Assembly: GCA_963764965.1 (NCBI GenBank)
Contig: CAVXUM010000006.1
Coordinates: forward strand, 27,131 to 91,130
Direction: 5' to 3'
DNA: 64,000 bases
Source of the DNA: Vulcanimicrobiota bacterium
GTDB taxonomy: Bacteria > Vulcanimicrobiota > Vulcanimicrobiia > Eremiobacterales > Eremiobacteraceae
Positions 42,807 to 54,957 of this stretch are shown here, one piece after another; position 1 is the stretch's first letter; every line of letters begins with the position of its first letter. The notes under the pieces were generated by a model, which was not told where the DNA came from, searched no databases, and worked only from the letters and a program-made list of their open reading frames with translations. Both the position numbers and the translations under genes were made by a program.

Positions 42807-43900
42807 GACTCAAACGCGAAGGTGTAGACCCCGAGACCATATTCGACCGGCCGCAGCTGTAGATCGTGATGTCCGAAATGGCGGTTCATGATCAGCTCGT
42901 ACGCGCGCGGAGCGTCGACGACGACATACGAGCGGCCCGTCTCATCGAAGCGGATGTCGGCTCCTGCGTCCTGATGTTCGACGGGCTTTCCATCTTGATC
43001 TACATAGACAGTAATCGGCTTTTCGCCCTCCGGTTTCAAGACCGAAACCACCTGGATCGCATGATAACGAAGGACCAGATGGTCAGAGGCGCCGAGGTCG
43101 ACCCTGGCATGGACCATGGCCTGCTCCGCGTTGAACCAGGGACCCTGCAGGTACACCAGGCCGTCGGCGTGATTCCGACCCGAGTCCGTATAGTCGACGA
43201 CCTGGTTGCGATGGTAGCCTTGGCGGTTGCCCAAAGCCGCATCCGAGCCTCGCCACAAACCCACGTACACCTCCGGCGTTTGCGGATAGCAGACCGCTCC
43301 GGGCTTGTCGTAGTTGTCGACGGGCAACAGCTCCATCGGCGTGGGAAGCTTCGCATCGGGATGATTCTTTTGGACGAGCGCTTGGATCGCTCTTTCGGTC
43401 GCGGGATAGTCGCCTTCGCCGACATGGTCGAGCACGACTCGTCCTTCGCCGTCAATGAGGAAGTCGTGCGGCCAGAACTGGTTCTGGTAACGCTGCCAGA
43501 TGACGCTGTTGGAATCGAGCACGATGGGCCAACCGACCCCCAAGTGCTGTGCCGCCGCCGCGACGTTGGCGCTCTCGCCCGAAAAGGCGAATTCAGGCGT
43601 GTGCACGCCGACGATCACGAATCCGTATTGCTTGTAACGCTCGTACCACGCCTTCTCATAGGGCAAGGCCTTGAGGCAGTTGACGCAGGTATATTCCCAA
43701 AAATCAACGAGCACGATCTTGCCGCGCAGCGACTGCGGCGTGAGCGGCTGTGAATTGAGCCAGCCGGTGTTCCCGTCGAATGACTGGATGGTGCGTATCG
43801 CGCTGTCCGCGGCGGCCGGGCGCAACGCCAAGGACAGCACGCAAGCGATGACCGCGCCAACGCAAGCGCAGAGCGCGATGCGCGCGACCAGCACCTTCAT
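42782..43900 (-). CDS. Secreted thioredoxin-fold protein (TlpA/ResA-like redoxin) with C-terminal extension
   Basis: Start MKVLVARIALCACVGAV, then WEYTCVNC (CxxC) in a thioredoxin fold. The ATG overlaps the mnmA stop (ATGA). The ORF-track ORF extends upstream into mnmA in another frame. Confidence 0.65.
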   Translation of the reverse strand: MKVLVARIALCACVGAVIACVLSLALRPAAADSAIRTIQSFDGNTGWLNSQPLTPQSLRGKIVLVDFWEYTCVNCLKALPYEKAWYERYKQYGFVIVGVHTPEFAFSGESANVAAAAQHLGVGWPIVLDSNSVIWQRYQNQFWPHDFLIDGEGRVVLDHVGEGDYPATERAIQALVQKNHPDAKLPTPMELLPVDNYDKPGAVCYPQTPEVYVGLWRGSDAALGNRQGYHRNQVVDYTDSGRNHADGLVYLQGPWFNAEQAMVHARVDLGASDHLVLRYHAIQVVSVLKPEGEKPITVYVDQDGKPVEHQDAGADIRFDETGRSYVVVDAPRAYELIMNRHFGHHDLQLRPVEYGLGVYTFAFESCAVGTDR

Positions 43901-45093
43901 TGCTCGATGATACCAGAGGCGAGCACTTCGTGGTCGTCCGCATCGTACAGGACGAGCAATTGCCCAGGCGTCAGCATGGCGGCGGGCTCGTCGAAATCGA
44001 CGAGCAGCGCTCCGGCTCCGTCGAGGCGGGCGCGGGCTGCTATGCCGGCGCTGCGATAACGGCAGACGGCCAGGCCGCGCGCGAAACCGCCGGCAAAACG
44101 CGCTGGTTGCAGGATGTTCGCCGCGCTGCACGCGACCTCGCGTCGCGCCAATGCTTCGCGCCGTCCGATGACGACCGTGTTCGTGGCGCGATCGGTTTTC
44201 AGCACGTACCACGGACCATCGCCCAGATCGGCCGGCAGTCCCTTGCGTTGTCCGACGGTATAGCCGAGCAGACCATCATGCCGTCCGACCTCACGGCCAT
44301 CAACCGTCAACACAGGACCGCTCGCGGCGCTTTCGGGGAAGCGCTCCACGATGAACGCGCGGTAGTCGCCGTCGACGAAGCACAAATCCACCGAATCGGG
44401 TTTCTCGGCGACGCCGAGGGCGAGCTCGCGTGCCGCCGCGCGCGTCTGCGTCTTGGTGTGCTCCCCAAGCGGCAGGACGATGGATGCGAGCTGATCGCGC
44501 CGCAGGCCGGCGAGCATGTAGGATTGATCCTTCGAGCGGTCGACCGCGCGCAACAGATGCGGGCCTTGTTCGTCGACATGCACGCGGGCGTAGTGACCAG
44601 TGATGAGCGTCACAGCGCCGAGCGCTCGCGCGAACTCCAAGAGCGCGCCGAATTTCACCAGGTTGTTGCACGCGATGCATGGATTGGGCGTACGACCAGC
44701 CAGATATTCGCCGCAGAAGTAGTCGACGACGGCGCGGCTGAACGCCGCTTCGAAATTGACGATATAATGAGGTATACCGGCCACCGCGGCGGCGCTTTTG
44801 GCGTCCTCATACGCGGTCGGTCCGCAGCATTGACGCACTTTCTCGCTCAACGCCCCGGAGCCGGGACTCCAAAGCCGCATGGTGACGCCTACCGCATCCC
44901 AACCGTCGCCGACCGCTATGGCGGTGGCCACAGCGCTATCGACGCCGCCGCTCATAGCGGCGAGGCATAGGCCGGCGCGCGGCCGCGGCGCCAGGCGGGC
45001 CGGAGTCTGGGGCGGTTTGTCGGTCATCACAGACTGCATCATCTTCGACTGGGGCGAACGGTCCAGCAAAGGACAAACCCAGAGCCTTTCCAA
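43897..45093 (-). CDS. mnmA: tRNA-specific 2-thiouridylase MnmA
   Basis: PP-loop SGGVDSAV, catalytic-Cys region NPCIACN, and a C-terminal domain. Intact. Confidence 0.85.
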   Translation of the reverse strand: MERLWVCPLLDRSPQSKMMQSVMTDKPPQTPARLAPRPRAGLCLAAMSGGVDSAVATAIAVGDGWDAVGVTMRLWSPGSGALSEKVRQCCGPTAYEDAKSAAAVAGIPHYIVNFEAAFSRAVVDYFCGEYLAGRTPNPCIACNNLVKFGALLEFARALGAVTLITGHYARVHVDEQGPHLLRAVDRSKDQSYMLAGLRRDQLASIVLPLGEHTKTQTRAAARELALGVAEKPDSVDLCFVDGDYRAFIVERFPESAASGPVLTVDGREVGRHDGLLGYTVGQRKGLPADLGDGPWYVLKTDRATNTVVIGRREALARREVACSAANILQPARFAGGFARGLAVCRYRSAGIAARARLDGAGALLVDFDEPAAMLTPGQLLVLYDADDHEVLASGIIEQ

Positions 45094-45225
45094 TTCTTTC
45101 CAACGGCACTGCGCTCATCTAATCCCCATGCACTCCGATCGGCCGCCGTCGTCCATCACCGGACCCGGGCGCGCTTTCATCTCGACGATCGAGAGCACGC
45201 AGACCACACCGCGAATGGGACCGTC

Positions 45226-46027
45226 ATGGGTTATATAGGCGAACAGCTTTCAACGGCACGTCGTGCGTTGGGCATCAGCACCGCTGACGCCGCTGCCGCT
45301 TTGCGCATCCGAGCGATGTTCGTCGAGGCACTCGAGCGCGAAGATTGGGCGACGATCGGCGAGTTCGTCTACGTGCGTGGCTTCTTGAAGAACTATGCGA
45401 AGCTGCTCGCGCTGGATGCCGCGCCGCTCGCGGAACAGCTGGCGCTTGAGTACCGCCCGACTGAGGCGCCCCTTCCCCGGCCCAGCGCCGAAGCGTTCGC
45501 GAATTCCGGGCTGTCAAATCAGCGCGACCAATCCGCCAGCAGTCCTCGTTTCGTCCCGTGGGTGCTCGGATCGCTCACCGCCGTCGCCGCCGCGCTCGTG
45601 ATCATGGTGGCGATCAGCCTGTTCGGTCTCTTCTCGCACGCCGACACGAGCGCGACCCAACCGGTCACGCCGTCGCAGAACACGCCGGCGTCGATTCCCG
45701 GCGCCATCAGGTTCGAACGTGTTCGAAACCGGCGCCGACGCACAAGCGCAAAACGGCGGCGTCAACCTACGGCTCCAACTCACGCAGCCGAGTTGGCTTT
45801 CCGTGACGGTCGACGGCAAGCGCGTCGTCTATGAGACGCTGCCGGCCGGCACCGTGCGCGACTTCCACGGCGCGCGGGAGATCACACTGCGGGCGGGCAA
45901 TGCTGGCGGCGTGGTCGCAAACATCGACGGCAAAGATCTGGGCGCGCTCGGGCAGGCCGGACAAGTCGAGGATCGCCGCTTCGCGGCGACCAAACAGGCC
46001 GACCAGCTCAAAGCGCTGCATGAGTGA
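45226..46027 (+). CDS. rodZ: RodZ-like cytoskeleton protein (XRE HTH, TM segment, C-terminal DUF4115), one frameshift near 45710
   Basis: HTH at the N-terminus, a single TM (VPWVLGSLTAVAAALVIMVAISLF), and the C-terminal domain in a second frame. Confidence 0.6.
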
Positions 46028-46508
46028 GTTCTCCTTCGACGTCGTCTCGCGCATCGATCGCCAAAGCCTCGCCGACGCCGTCAATCAGGCGCAGCGCGAG
46101 ATCTCCACGCGCTTCGACCTGAAGAATTCCCGGTCGTCGATAGAGCTTGCGGAGCTGACCATCACCATCGTCGCCGACGACGACATGAAGCTGCGCAACG
46201 TCAACGACATCCTCCAGAGCAAGTGCGTGAAACGAGGGGTTTCGCTCAAGGCCTTGCAGTACGCCAAGGCGGAACCCGCCTCCGGCGGGACGCTGCGACA
46301 AACCGTGACTTGCGCGCAGGGCATAGGCAAAGAGCAGGCCAAGAAAATCACCGAGGCGATCAAGGACGCCAAGCTCAAGGTCGGTGCGCAGATCCAGGAC
46401 GAGCAGATCCGGGTCTCGAGCAAATCGAAAGACGAGCTGCAAAAAGCGATGGCGCTGGTCAAGGGGATGCCGCTCGATTTCCCGGTGCAGTTCGTCAACT
46501 ACCGTTAG
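46020..46508 (+). CDS. yajQ: YajQ-family nucleotide-binding protein (UPF0234)
   Basis: MSEFSFDVVSRIDRQSLADAVNQAQREISTRFD... is the typical YajQ N-terminus. 162 aa. Confidence 0.8.
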   Translation: MSEFSFDVVSRIDRQSLADAVNQAQREISTRFDLKNSRSSIELAELTITIVADDDMKLRNVNDILQSKCVKRGVSLKALQYAKAEPASGGTLRQTVTCAQGIGKEQAKKITEAIKDAKLKVGAQIQDEQIRVSSKSKDELQKAMALVKGMPLDFPVQFVNYR

Positions 46509-46523
46509 AGAACAGGTTCAATC

Positions 46524-47804
46524 TTGGCTGATCTCGACAATTTGGGTCCGGCCGCGGACGCGGTCGGCGCACAGCTGGGCTCGGGCCAACCGCCGCCGCC
46601 AACGCGGCGCTTCCCGCGACGCTTCATCGCCATCTTTCTCGTCCTGCTCCTCTTGCTGGCGGGTGCGTTCGGTTACGTCAGATACAAGGGCGGCGTCAGC
46701 GGCGCACTCGCGCCGTTCATGCCCGCGCCCGATCTGGTGCAGATCTTCGGCAAGCCCAACCTGCGCGTGCTCGTCATGGGCCTGGATGAGAACTGGACGG
46801 ACAAAGACGAGTCGTACACCGCGACGTCGCGGACCGATACGCTCATCGCGGTCAACGTCGATCTCGCGGACAAACAGATCAGCGTGCTGTCCATCCCGCG
46901 CGATCTCTGGGTGTATATCCCCAAATCCGGCTACGGCAAGATCAACGAAGCCTACTCTGACGGCGGTCCGCAACGCACCGAAACCACGGTGGAGAAGAAT
47001 CTGGGCACGCCGCCATTCGACTATTATGTCGTCTTGCGCCTCGACGCGACCAAGAACGTCATCGACGCGCTCGGCGGCATCGACGTCGACGTCGAAAAAG
47101 ACATGGACTACGACGACAGCTGGGGTCACCTGCACATCCACCTCAAAAAGGGGCCGCATCACCTGAACGGTGAGCAGACGGTCGGGTATATCCGCTTCCG
47201 CCACGATCCCGAGGGCGACTTCGGGCGCATGCGGCGTCAGCGCCAAGTCGTGCAGATCCTGGCCAAGCGCATGCGCGATCCCAGCGTCGCGCTGCATCTG
47301 CCGGCATTGCTGGCCGTCATCAGAGACAACGTGCGCACCAACATGCCGTTCGGCAAGCTCTACGACCTGGCGCTTGGGATGCGCGGCGTCTCGCCGCAAT
47401 CCGTGCACAGCGCGCTGCTGCCCGTGGATATCGGCTGGACCAATGGCGAGTCCGTGCTCTTCGCGCAAGCCGACGCCCACAAGATCGTCCACACCTATCT
47501 GGTGGCCGGCTTCGGCGCGAGATTCGATCCATCCAATGTGCACGTGCGGGTCGAGAACGGCTCGGGCACGCCGGGAGCCGCATCGGCGCTGGCCGACTTC
47601 TTGCGCCAGCGTGGCTTTGATGTGGTAGAGACCGGCAACGCCAAGACCTTCAACAATCCCAAGACGACCATCGAGACTGCGGATCAGCACATGGCCGGCG
47701 AAGTCGCCAAGCAGCTGCCGGTCAAGGATCCGAAGATCGACGTTGGGCCGGTCGACGGCGTCGACATCGTCATCGTCATCGGCCGCGATTACCGCATCCA
47801 ATAA
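46524..47804 (+). CDS. LytR-CpsA-Psr (LCP) family cell-envelope polymer transferase with C-terminal LytR_C domain
   Basis: N-terminal TM, LCP core (TDTLIAVNVD...SIPRDLWV...GYGKINEAY), C-terminal LytR_C. Intact, 426 aa. Confidence 0.8.
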   Translation: MADLDNLGPAADAVGAQLGSGQPPPPTRRFPRRFIAIFLVLLLLLAGAFGYVRYKGGVSGALAPFMPAPDLVQIFGKPNLRVLVMGLDENWTDKDESYTATSRTDTLIAVNVDLADKQISVLSIPRDLWVYIPKSGYGKINEAYSDGGPQRTETTVEKNLGTPPFDYYVVLRLDATKNVIDALGGIDVDVEKDMDYDDSWGHLHIHLKKGPHHLNGEQTVGYIRFRHDPEGDFGRMRRQRQVVQILAKRMRDPSVALHLPALLAVIRDNVRTNMPFGKLYDLALGMRGVSPQSVHSALLPVDIGWTNGESVLFAQADAHKIVHTYLVAGFGARFDPSNVHVRVENGSGTPGAASALADFLRQRGFDVVETGNAKTFNNPKTTIETADQHMAGEVAKQLPVKDPKIDVGPVDGVDIVIVIGRDYRIQ

Positions 47805-47807
47805 CCG

Positions 47808-48647
47808 GTGAGTCCGCTAGCGTTGCGGCGCCTGCGCATGTGGGCCCTCGTCGTCGCCATCCTCATCCTCGTCGTGCTGCTGCGACGCTGGATCCACCAC
47901 GCGCAGCTGGAATCACAGCCTGTGCTCGTGCCGGCCAGCGTACCCGCGGCCGATGTGGTGTCGCCGCCGGCGCAGGCTATCGTGCGCCGCATGGCGCTCG
48001 ACCTGCGCGACACGCTTGCGCCTCCGAGCCGCGCGCGCCTGGCGGTGCTCACCTTTGACGACGGGCCCTATCCCGTCACCACACCCGTGCTGCTGGCGCA
48101 GCTCCGTGCGCTCCACGTGCCGGCGACATTCTTCGTCATCGGCCGCGATGTGCGCGAGCAGCCGGCCATAACCTTGCGGGCGTTGGCGGCTGGGATCGAG
48201 GTCGGCAACCACACCCAAACGCATCCTGAGATGGACGCGCTGCCGCCCGCCGCGCAGGAGCGCGAGATCGCGGATGGCGCGAAGACGATCGCCGCACTCA
48301 CCGCACAGCGACCGGCGTTCTTCCGGCCGCCGCACGGGAACTTCGATGCCGCCACGATCGACGCCGCGCGCTCTCAGGGCGAGACCATCGCGCTATGGGA
48401 TGTCGATCCGGGCGACTGGCGCACGCTGACCTCGGATCAGATCGCTGCGCTCGTCCTGGAACGCGGGCGTTCACCCGCGGTCATCCTGCTGCACAACGGC
48501 AAGACCGCCACGGTGGATGCCTTACCACGCATCGTGAACGCCTATCGCAGGGCCGGCTTCGAATTCGTCACTTTGGCGGAACTGCGAAGACGGTTGCCGA
48601 TCGATGCGATCAACGATCCCATCCGCGTCGCGCTCAACGGATCGTAA
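47808..48647 (+). CDS. Polysaccharide deacetylase (NodB homology domain)
   Basis: VLTFDDGP, HTQTHPEM, ...LLHNGK... NodB motifs. Confidence 0.8.
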   Translation: MSPLALRRLRMWALVVAILILVVLLRRWIHHAQLESQPVLVPASVPAADVVSPPAQAIVRRMALDLRDTLAPPSRARLAVLTFDDGPYPVTTPVLLAQLRALHVPATFFVIGRDVREQPAITLRALAAGIEVGNHTQTHPEMDALPPAAQEREIADGAKTIAALTAQRPAFFRPPHGNFDAATIDAARSQGETIALWDVDPGDWRTLTSDQIAALVLERGRSPAVILLHNGKTATVDALPRIVNAYRRAGFEFVTLAELRRRLPIDAINDPIRVALNGS

Positions 48648-48657
48648 GAGGAGCGTC

Positions 48658-48915
48658 ATGACACCCTCGAAGCGGCAGATCATCAAGACGAAACCTCAAC
48701 GCCCGTATATCATCGCGCGCATCATCGCTCTGGTGCTCGTGGTGGTCGCGCTCATCCTGGGAGTGCTGTTCTTCATGCATCCGCACGGCCTGCACGCGCT
48801 CGGCGTCTGCGCGGAGCGGACCTGCTCGAGCGTGCTGCAGGAGGCACTTCTCGGCGGACGAACTGCGCCAATCCTGACATCCCTGGAGCGTCACGCTCAT
48901 GAAGTTCTACATTAA
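48658..48915 (+). CDS. Small membrane protein (hypothetical)
   Basis: Strong RBS AAGAGGAG, then ATG. Basic N-terminus and one TM (IIARIIALVLVVVALILGVLFF). The stop overlaps the hpf start. Confidence 0.45.
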   Translation: MTPSKRQIIKTKPQRPYIIARIIALVLVVVALILGVLFFMHPHGLHALGVCAERTCSSVLQEALLGGRTAPILTSLERHAHEVLH

Positions 48916-49459
48916 GGGCCGCAATCTCAAGGTGACGCCTGCCTTGCGGGCCTATGCGCAAGAGAAGATCGGCCACCTCGCCCACTACCTCGACCAGATC
49001 CTCGATGCGCACATCACCTTGCGCACCGAACGGCAGCAGCAGATCGTCGACGTCGTCCTGACGCTGAAGCACTTCCTCATCAAGGCAGAGGAACGCTCGC
49101 CCGACATGTACGCCTCCATCGACCTCGTGCGCGACCGGCTCGAGCAACAGATCCGCAAGTACAAGACCAAGCACTGGGACCACCACGTCAAGGCCAATGG
49201 TAAGGGCGGATCGGTTCCGCGCCGCAAGACGACGTCTAAGACGAAGGTCGCCGAGGAGGCCGACGAGTCAGATAAAGAGCTGCGCATCGTGCGCTCGAAA
49301 AAGATCGATATAAAGAAGATGGATCCGCAGGACGCCGCCCATCAGATGGAGCTGCTCGGCCACGACTTTTTCCTCTTCGTGAACGACCAGACCGGGGCGG
49401 TCAACGTTCTCTATAAGAGACGCGGAGGTCAGCTCGGTCTTATCGAAACCATCTCGTAG
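48899..49459 (+). CDS. hpf: Ribosome hibernation promoting factor (long HPF)
   Basis: [27 protein letters not shown]... and a C-terminal dimerisation domain. Confidence 0.85.
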   Translation: MKFYIKGRNLKVTPALRAYAQEKIGHLAHYLDQILDAHITLRTERQQQIVDVVLTLKHFLIKAEERSPDMYASIDLVRDRLEQQIRKYKTKHWDHHVKANGKGGSVPRRKTTSKTKVAEEADESDKELRIVRSKKIDIKKMDPQDAAHQMELLGHDFFLFVNDQTGAVNVLYKRRGGQLGLIETIS

Positions 49460-49506
49460 GCCGCAAACGACGGCCCGAAACACCGCCGCTAGAGAGAGTT
49501 CACACG

Positions 49507-52179
<2,673 letters not shown>

Positions 52180-52186
52180 AAAAAAA

Positions 52187-52209
52187 GACTTGTGCCCGGG
52201 CATTGTGGG
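52187..52209 (+). repeat. Terminal inverted repeat, left copy
   Basis: GACTTGTGCCCGGGCATTGTGGG, preceded by A9. Confidence 0.6.
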
Positions 52210-52663
52210 ACAGCGAGCCCCGAGCCGAGATTCTGAAGCGCGGTTCAAACGTCCGGTATGCGCCTGACGGCCATTCGCAAGCGCGCCGAGGCTACGCGCG
52301 AATGCCTTTTGGGCGGGGATATGCGAACGCTTGATTATCGTTCGCGATCACTCGCTTTGCGCACGAACGTCCGGTATCTATTACATCGCCCGCAATTTGT
52401 GAAATTGGCGACTGAGCAAAGAGCTTAGCGACTATTTGCTTGCTACGTGTAAATCTTTTTGCCACAAAGCGTCACCCGAACGTCAGTGCGAGTCGCCAGC
52501 ACGTACGACCCAATGGAAGTTTTGTGTCGCCCCGTAACGGGCATGGTGGACTTGAATCGGCTGGAACAGGAGCCTTTTCGTCAACCTTGTTCCGGTCAAT
52601 CGGCTCAAATAGACTAGAACCCACCTGGTTTCGCCATTGGCACTTTTCGGAAGGAGTAGAGTT

Positions 52664-54431
52664 ATGCGCGAATTTACAGGGCGGCCATTAGTCGCAGTGC
52701 TAGCTGTTGTTCTTCTCTCCCTAGCGCCCGCGAGCGCCCTTGCGCGCGGCGGCGCGTTCTTGTGGCATGTCGAAAAGCTCCAGAACGGTGCTGCCGTAGG
52801 GATCGCGAAGGGCCGCGTTGTTTCCATGCACGTGGTTCATCCCAAATCTCTTGCAAGGCAGACTCCCAGCGTCAGCCGAGGCGAAATCGGCAACATTCCG
52901 TTTAGGCCTCGCTTGAATACCCAAACCTATGCGGCTTTGAAAGCCGCCGCATCTCACAACCTCCATGCTCCGAGGATGCTTAACACCTACTCGCTGCTGT
53001 CATCTGCGGCCGCGGCGGGGGGGGCCTCCCATTCAACTCGTAACGGGCCTAACCGACGGCCGCCATGTTTGCGGGTACTTCGGCACCGGCTGTCAACCGC
53101 CGGACATGGCAGTCGCGGCGTCCTCGAACTGGCTTGTGCAGGCTACCAACACAGCGGTAGCGGTCTACGATAACAATGGCGTCATGGTACTCGGGTTTCC
53201 AATCGACTTCCCCACGTTCTTTGGCGTCCCTAGCCCTGGACTATGCACATTCAATCCGAGTGGTATCCCGTTCACTTCCGACCCACGGGCTTTCTACGAT
53301 CCCAATGATAAGCGATTCTTCATCGCGATGGAGGCTTTCAATGGAGTCGCCGACGCGTGCCCGTTCTCGTCTACCGCGTACATTGCCGTAAGTCAAACGA
53401 GCGACCCGACCGGTGCGTGGAATATTTACAGCGTGGATTCCGCCCTGGCTAGCGCCACTGACTTCGACGACTATACGGAACTTGGCTTTGACAGCCAGGC
53501 CGTTTATATTGGTGGCAATCAGTTTCCGTGTTGCGCAGCTGGGTTCGGCGGCGCTTGGACGATCATACTTGATAAGCATGGCATGGAGAATGGGACCGCC
53601 ATCGCTGCGCCAAATGTCATCGGCCCATATCTCTCTTCGTCCAGTCCAACGTGCCCGGGCGGCGGCTGCTTACTCGATACGGTCAACCCGACAACGTCGG
53701 TGGCCAACCTCGCTCAGCAACCGGGAGCGACAATATTGACGTCTGCTGACCAATCGAGCCCAACCTTTGCCTGCGGTTTTGGCGTCACGTGTAATAACAT
53801 CGATGTGTGGGGAATATCGAATCCGCTTGGCGCAACTCCGGTGGTTTCGATGCAGACAGTGACGTTGCCGACGTCCTTCGTGCTGCCTCCCAACGGCGAT
53901 GAGCCCGGGCGTCCAGGATCGATTGAAACGATCGACAATCGCATCTCGGGAACGCCCACGTATACTCCGAAGGGCGGGGGTCGCGTGTCTTTTGCTCTCG
54001 AGACCGGCGTTGCGTTCGGCACAGCGACGTTTCCGGGCTTCATATGGGGCATGATCGCGATTAAGGAGGCCGGTGGTAAGCTTACCAGCGCGACCCTAGC
54101 CGAGAGTGGCGTCGTTGCCGCTGCCAACATGACCAACTCGTTCGCGGTCACGCAGCAGACCCCGCAAGGAGCTCTCTTCGTTGCGAGCGACGTGATGAGC
54201 CTATCAACGTATCCCGGCTGGGTGTATCGCCTCCAGCGTGGGGGTGTTCCGGCCGGGAAGCTCGGAGCGCCCACGCTCGTCCAAAGGGGTCTTGATATCT
54301 TCGGTGGATCGCGTTGGGGTGACTACGAGGCAGCCTCCTACGACGGGTTCTCATCGAACAACGTGTGGCTCGCGTCCCAGTATGGAAACACCAACTACGA
54401 CTGGGGCACATCTATGGCCAAAGTACACTAG
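52664..54431 (+). CDS. Secreted hypothetical protein (~590 aa), one frameshift near 53000
   Basis: RBS AGGAGT and signal peptide MREFTGRPLVAVLAVVLLSLAPASALA. Cys-containing, Gly/Ser/Thr-rich, beta-rich sequence (…RWGDYEAASYDGFSSNNVWLASQYG…). No confident family assignment. Confidence 0.5.
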
Positions 54432-54455
54432 CTATACAGCGACGACAACGAATGC

Positions 54456-54488
54456 GGGGCTACCGTGAGGTGGCCCCGTTTTTTTTTT
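54456..54488 (+). terminator. Rho-independent terminator (GGGGCTACC-gtga-GGTGGCCCC followed by T10)
   Basis: 9-bp stem with one mismatch, then a T10 run 25 nt after the stop codon. Confidence 0.65.
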
Positions 54489-54629
54489 GAGCGCGAGCCG
54501 GCCAATCAATTCAACGCCATGCACTAACGTGGGTACTCCAAGTGGCCGGAGCCCCAAGTTCATGCCACGTCTCGGTTGTTAAATTCGCGCTTTTCGACGC
54601 TCTTCGCTCTCCTGATCGGGTGTGCTATA

Positions 54630-54740
54630 TAGAATTTGCGAAACTCTGGCGTACGTTGTAGGTGCGCGTGCCCTGCAGCCCGGGCACGGGCACCTGCAAC
54701 ACTCCCCAGACTTGCGCAAATTTCTATATCGCACTCCAAC
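54630..54740. repeat. ~110-bp imperfect palindrome (GCTATATAGAATTTGCGAAACTCTGG ... CCAGACTTGCGCAAATTTCTATATCGC with an internal GTTGTAGGTG...CACCTGCAAC)
   Basis: The two arms are near reverse complements of each other. Lies between the two cargo ORFs, next to the transposase remnant. Confidence 0.4.
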
Positions 54741-54890
54741 CCCTGGGTGAACGCCGTGCTCGCGAGATGCCTGGGCTACGCTACTGCCGGCGTCAATCTC
54801 TCGCAATACCTGAAGCTTGAATTCCTTATCAAAGGACCGGTTGTGGGGGGGTTGGCATGGGTTGCTCCTTTCTTGGAGAAACCCTGACTT
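54720..54890 (-). pseudogene. Remnant of an IS3-family transposase OrfA (HTH_Tnp_1) N-terminus
   Basis: Minus-strand translation ...RSFDKEFKLQVLREIDAGSSVAQASREHGVHPGV... follows the IS3/IS911 OrfA pattern (xEFKxxxVxxxxxGxSVAxxARExGIHPNTL). It is truncated and runs into the palindrome. Confidence 0.35.
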
Positions 54891-54957
54891 AACTCGTTGT
54901 TGCAACCCCGTGCGCATTACAACCGTTCGCACTAATCTAAGAATGCGGTGAAACAAC

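Noticed and set aside
46518-47801. 427-aa minus-strand ORF antisense to the LCP gene
   Set aside because: Shadow ORF of the high-GC codon third position. The LCP protein on the plus strand is intact and conserved.
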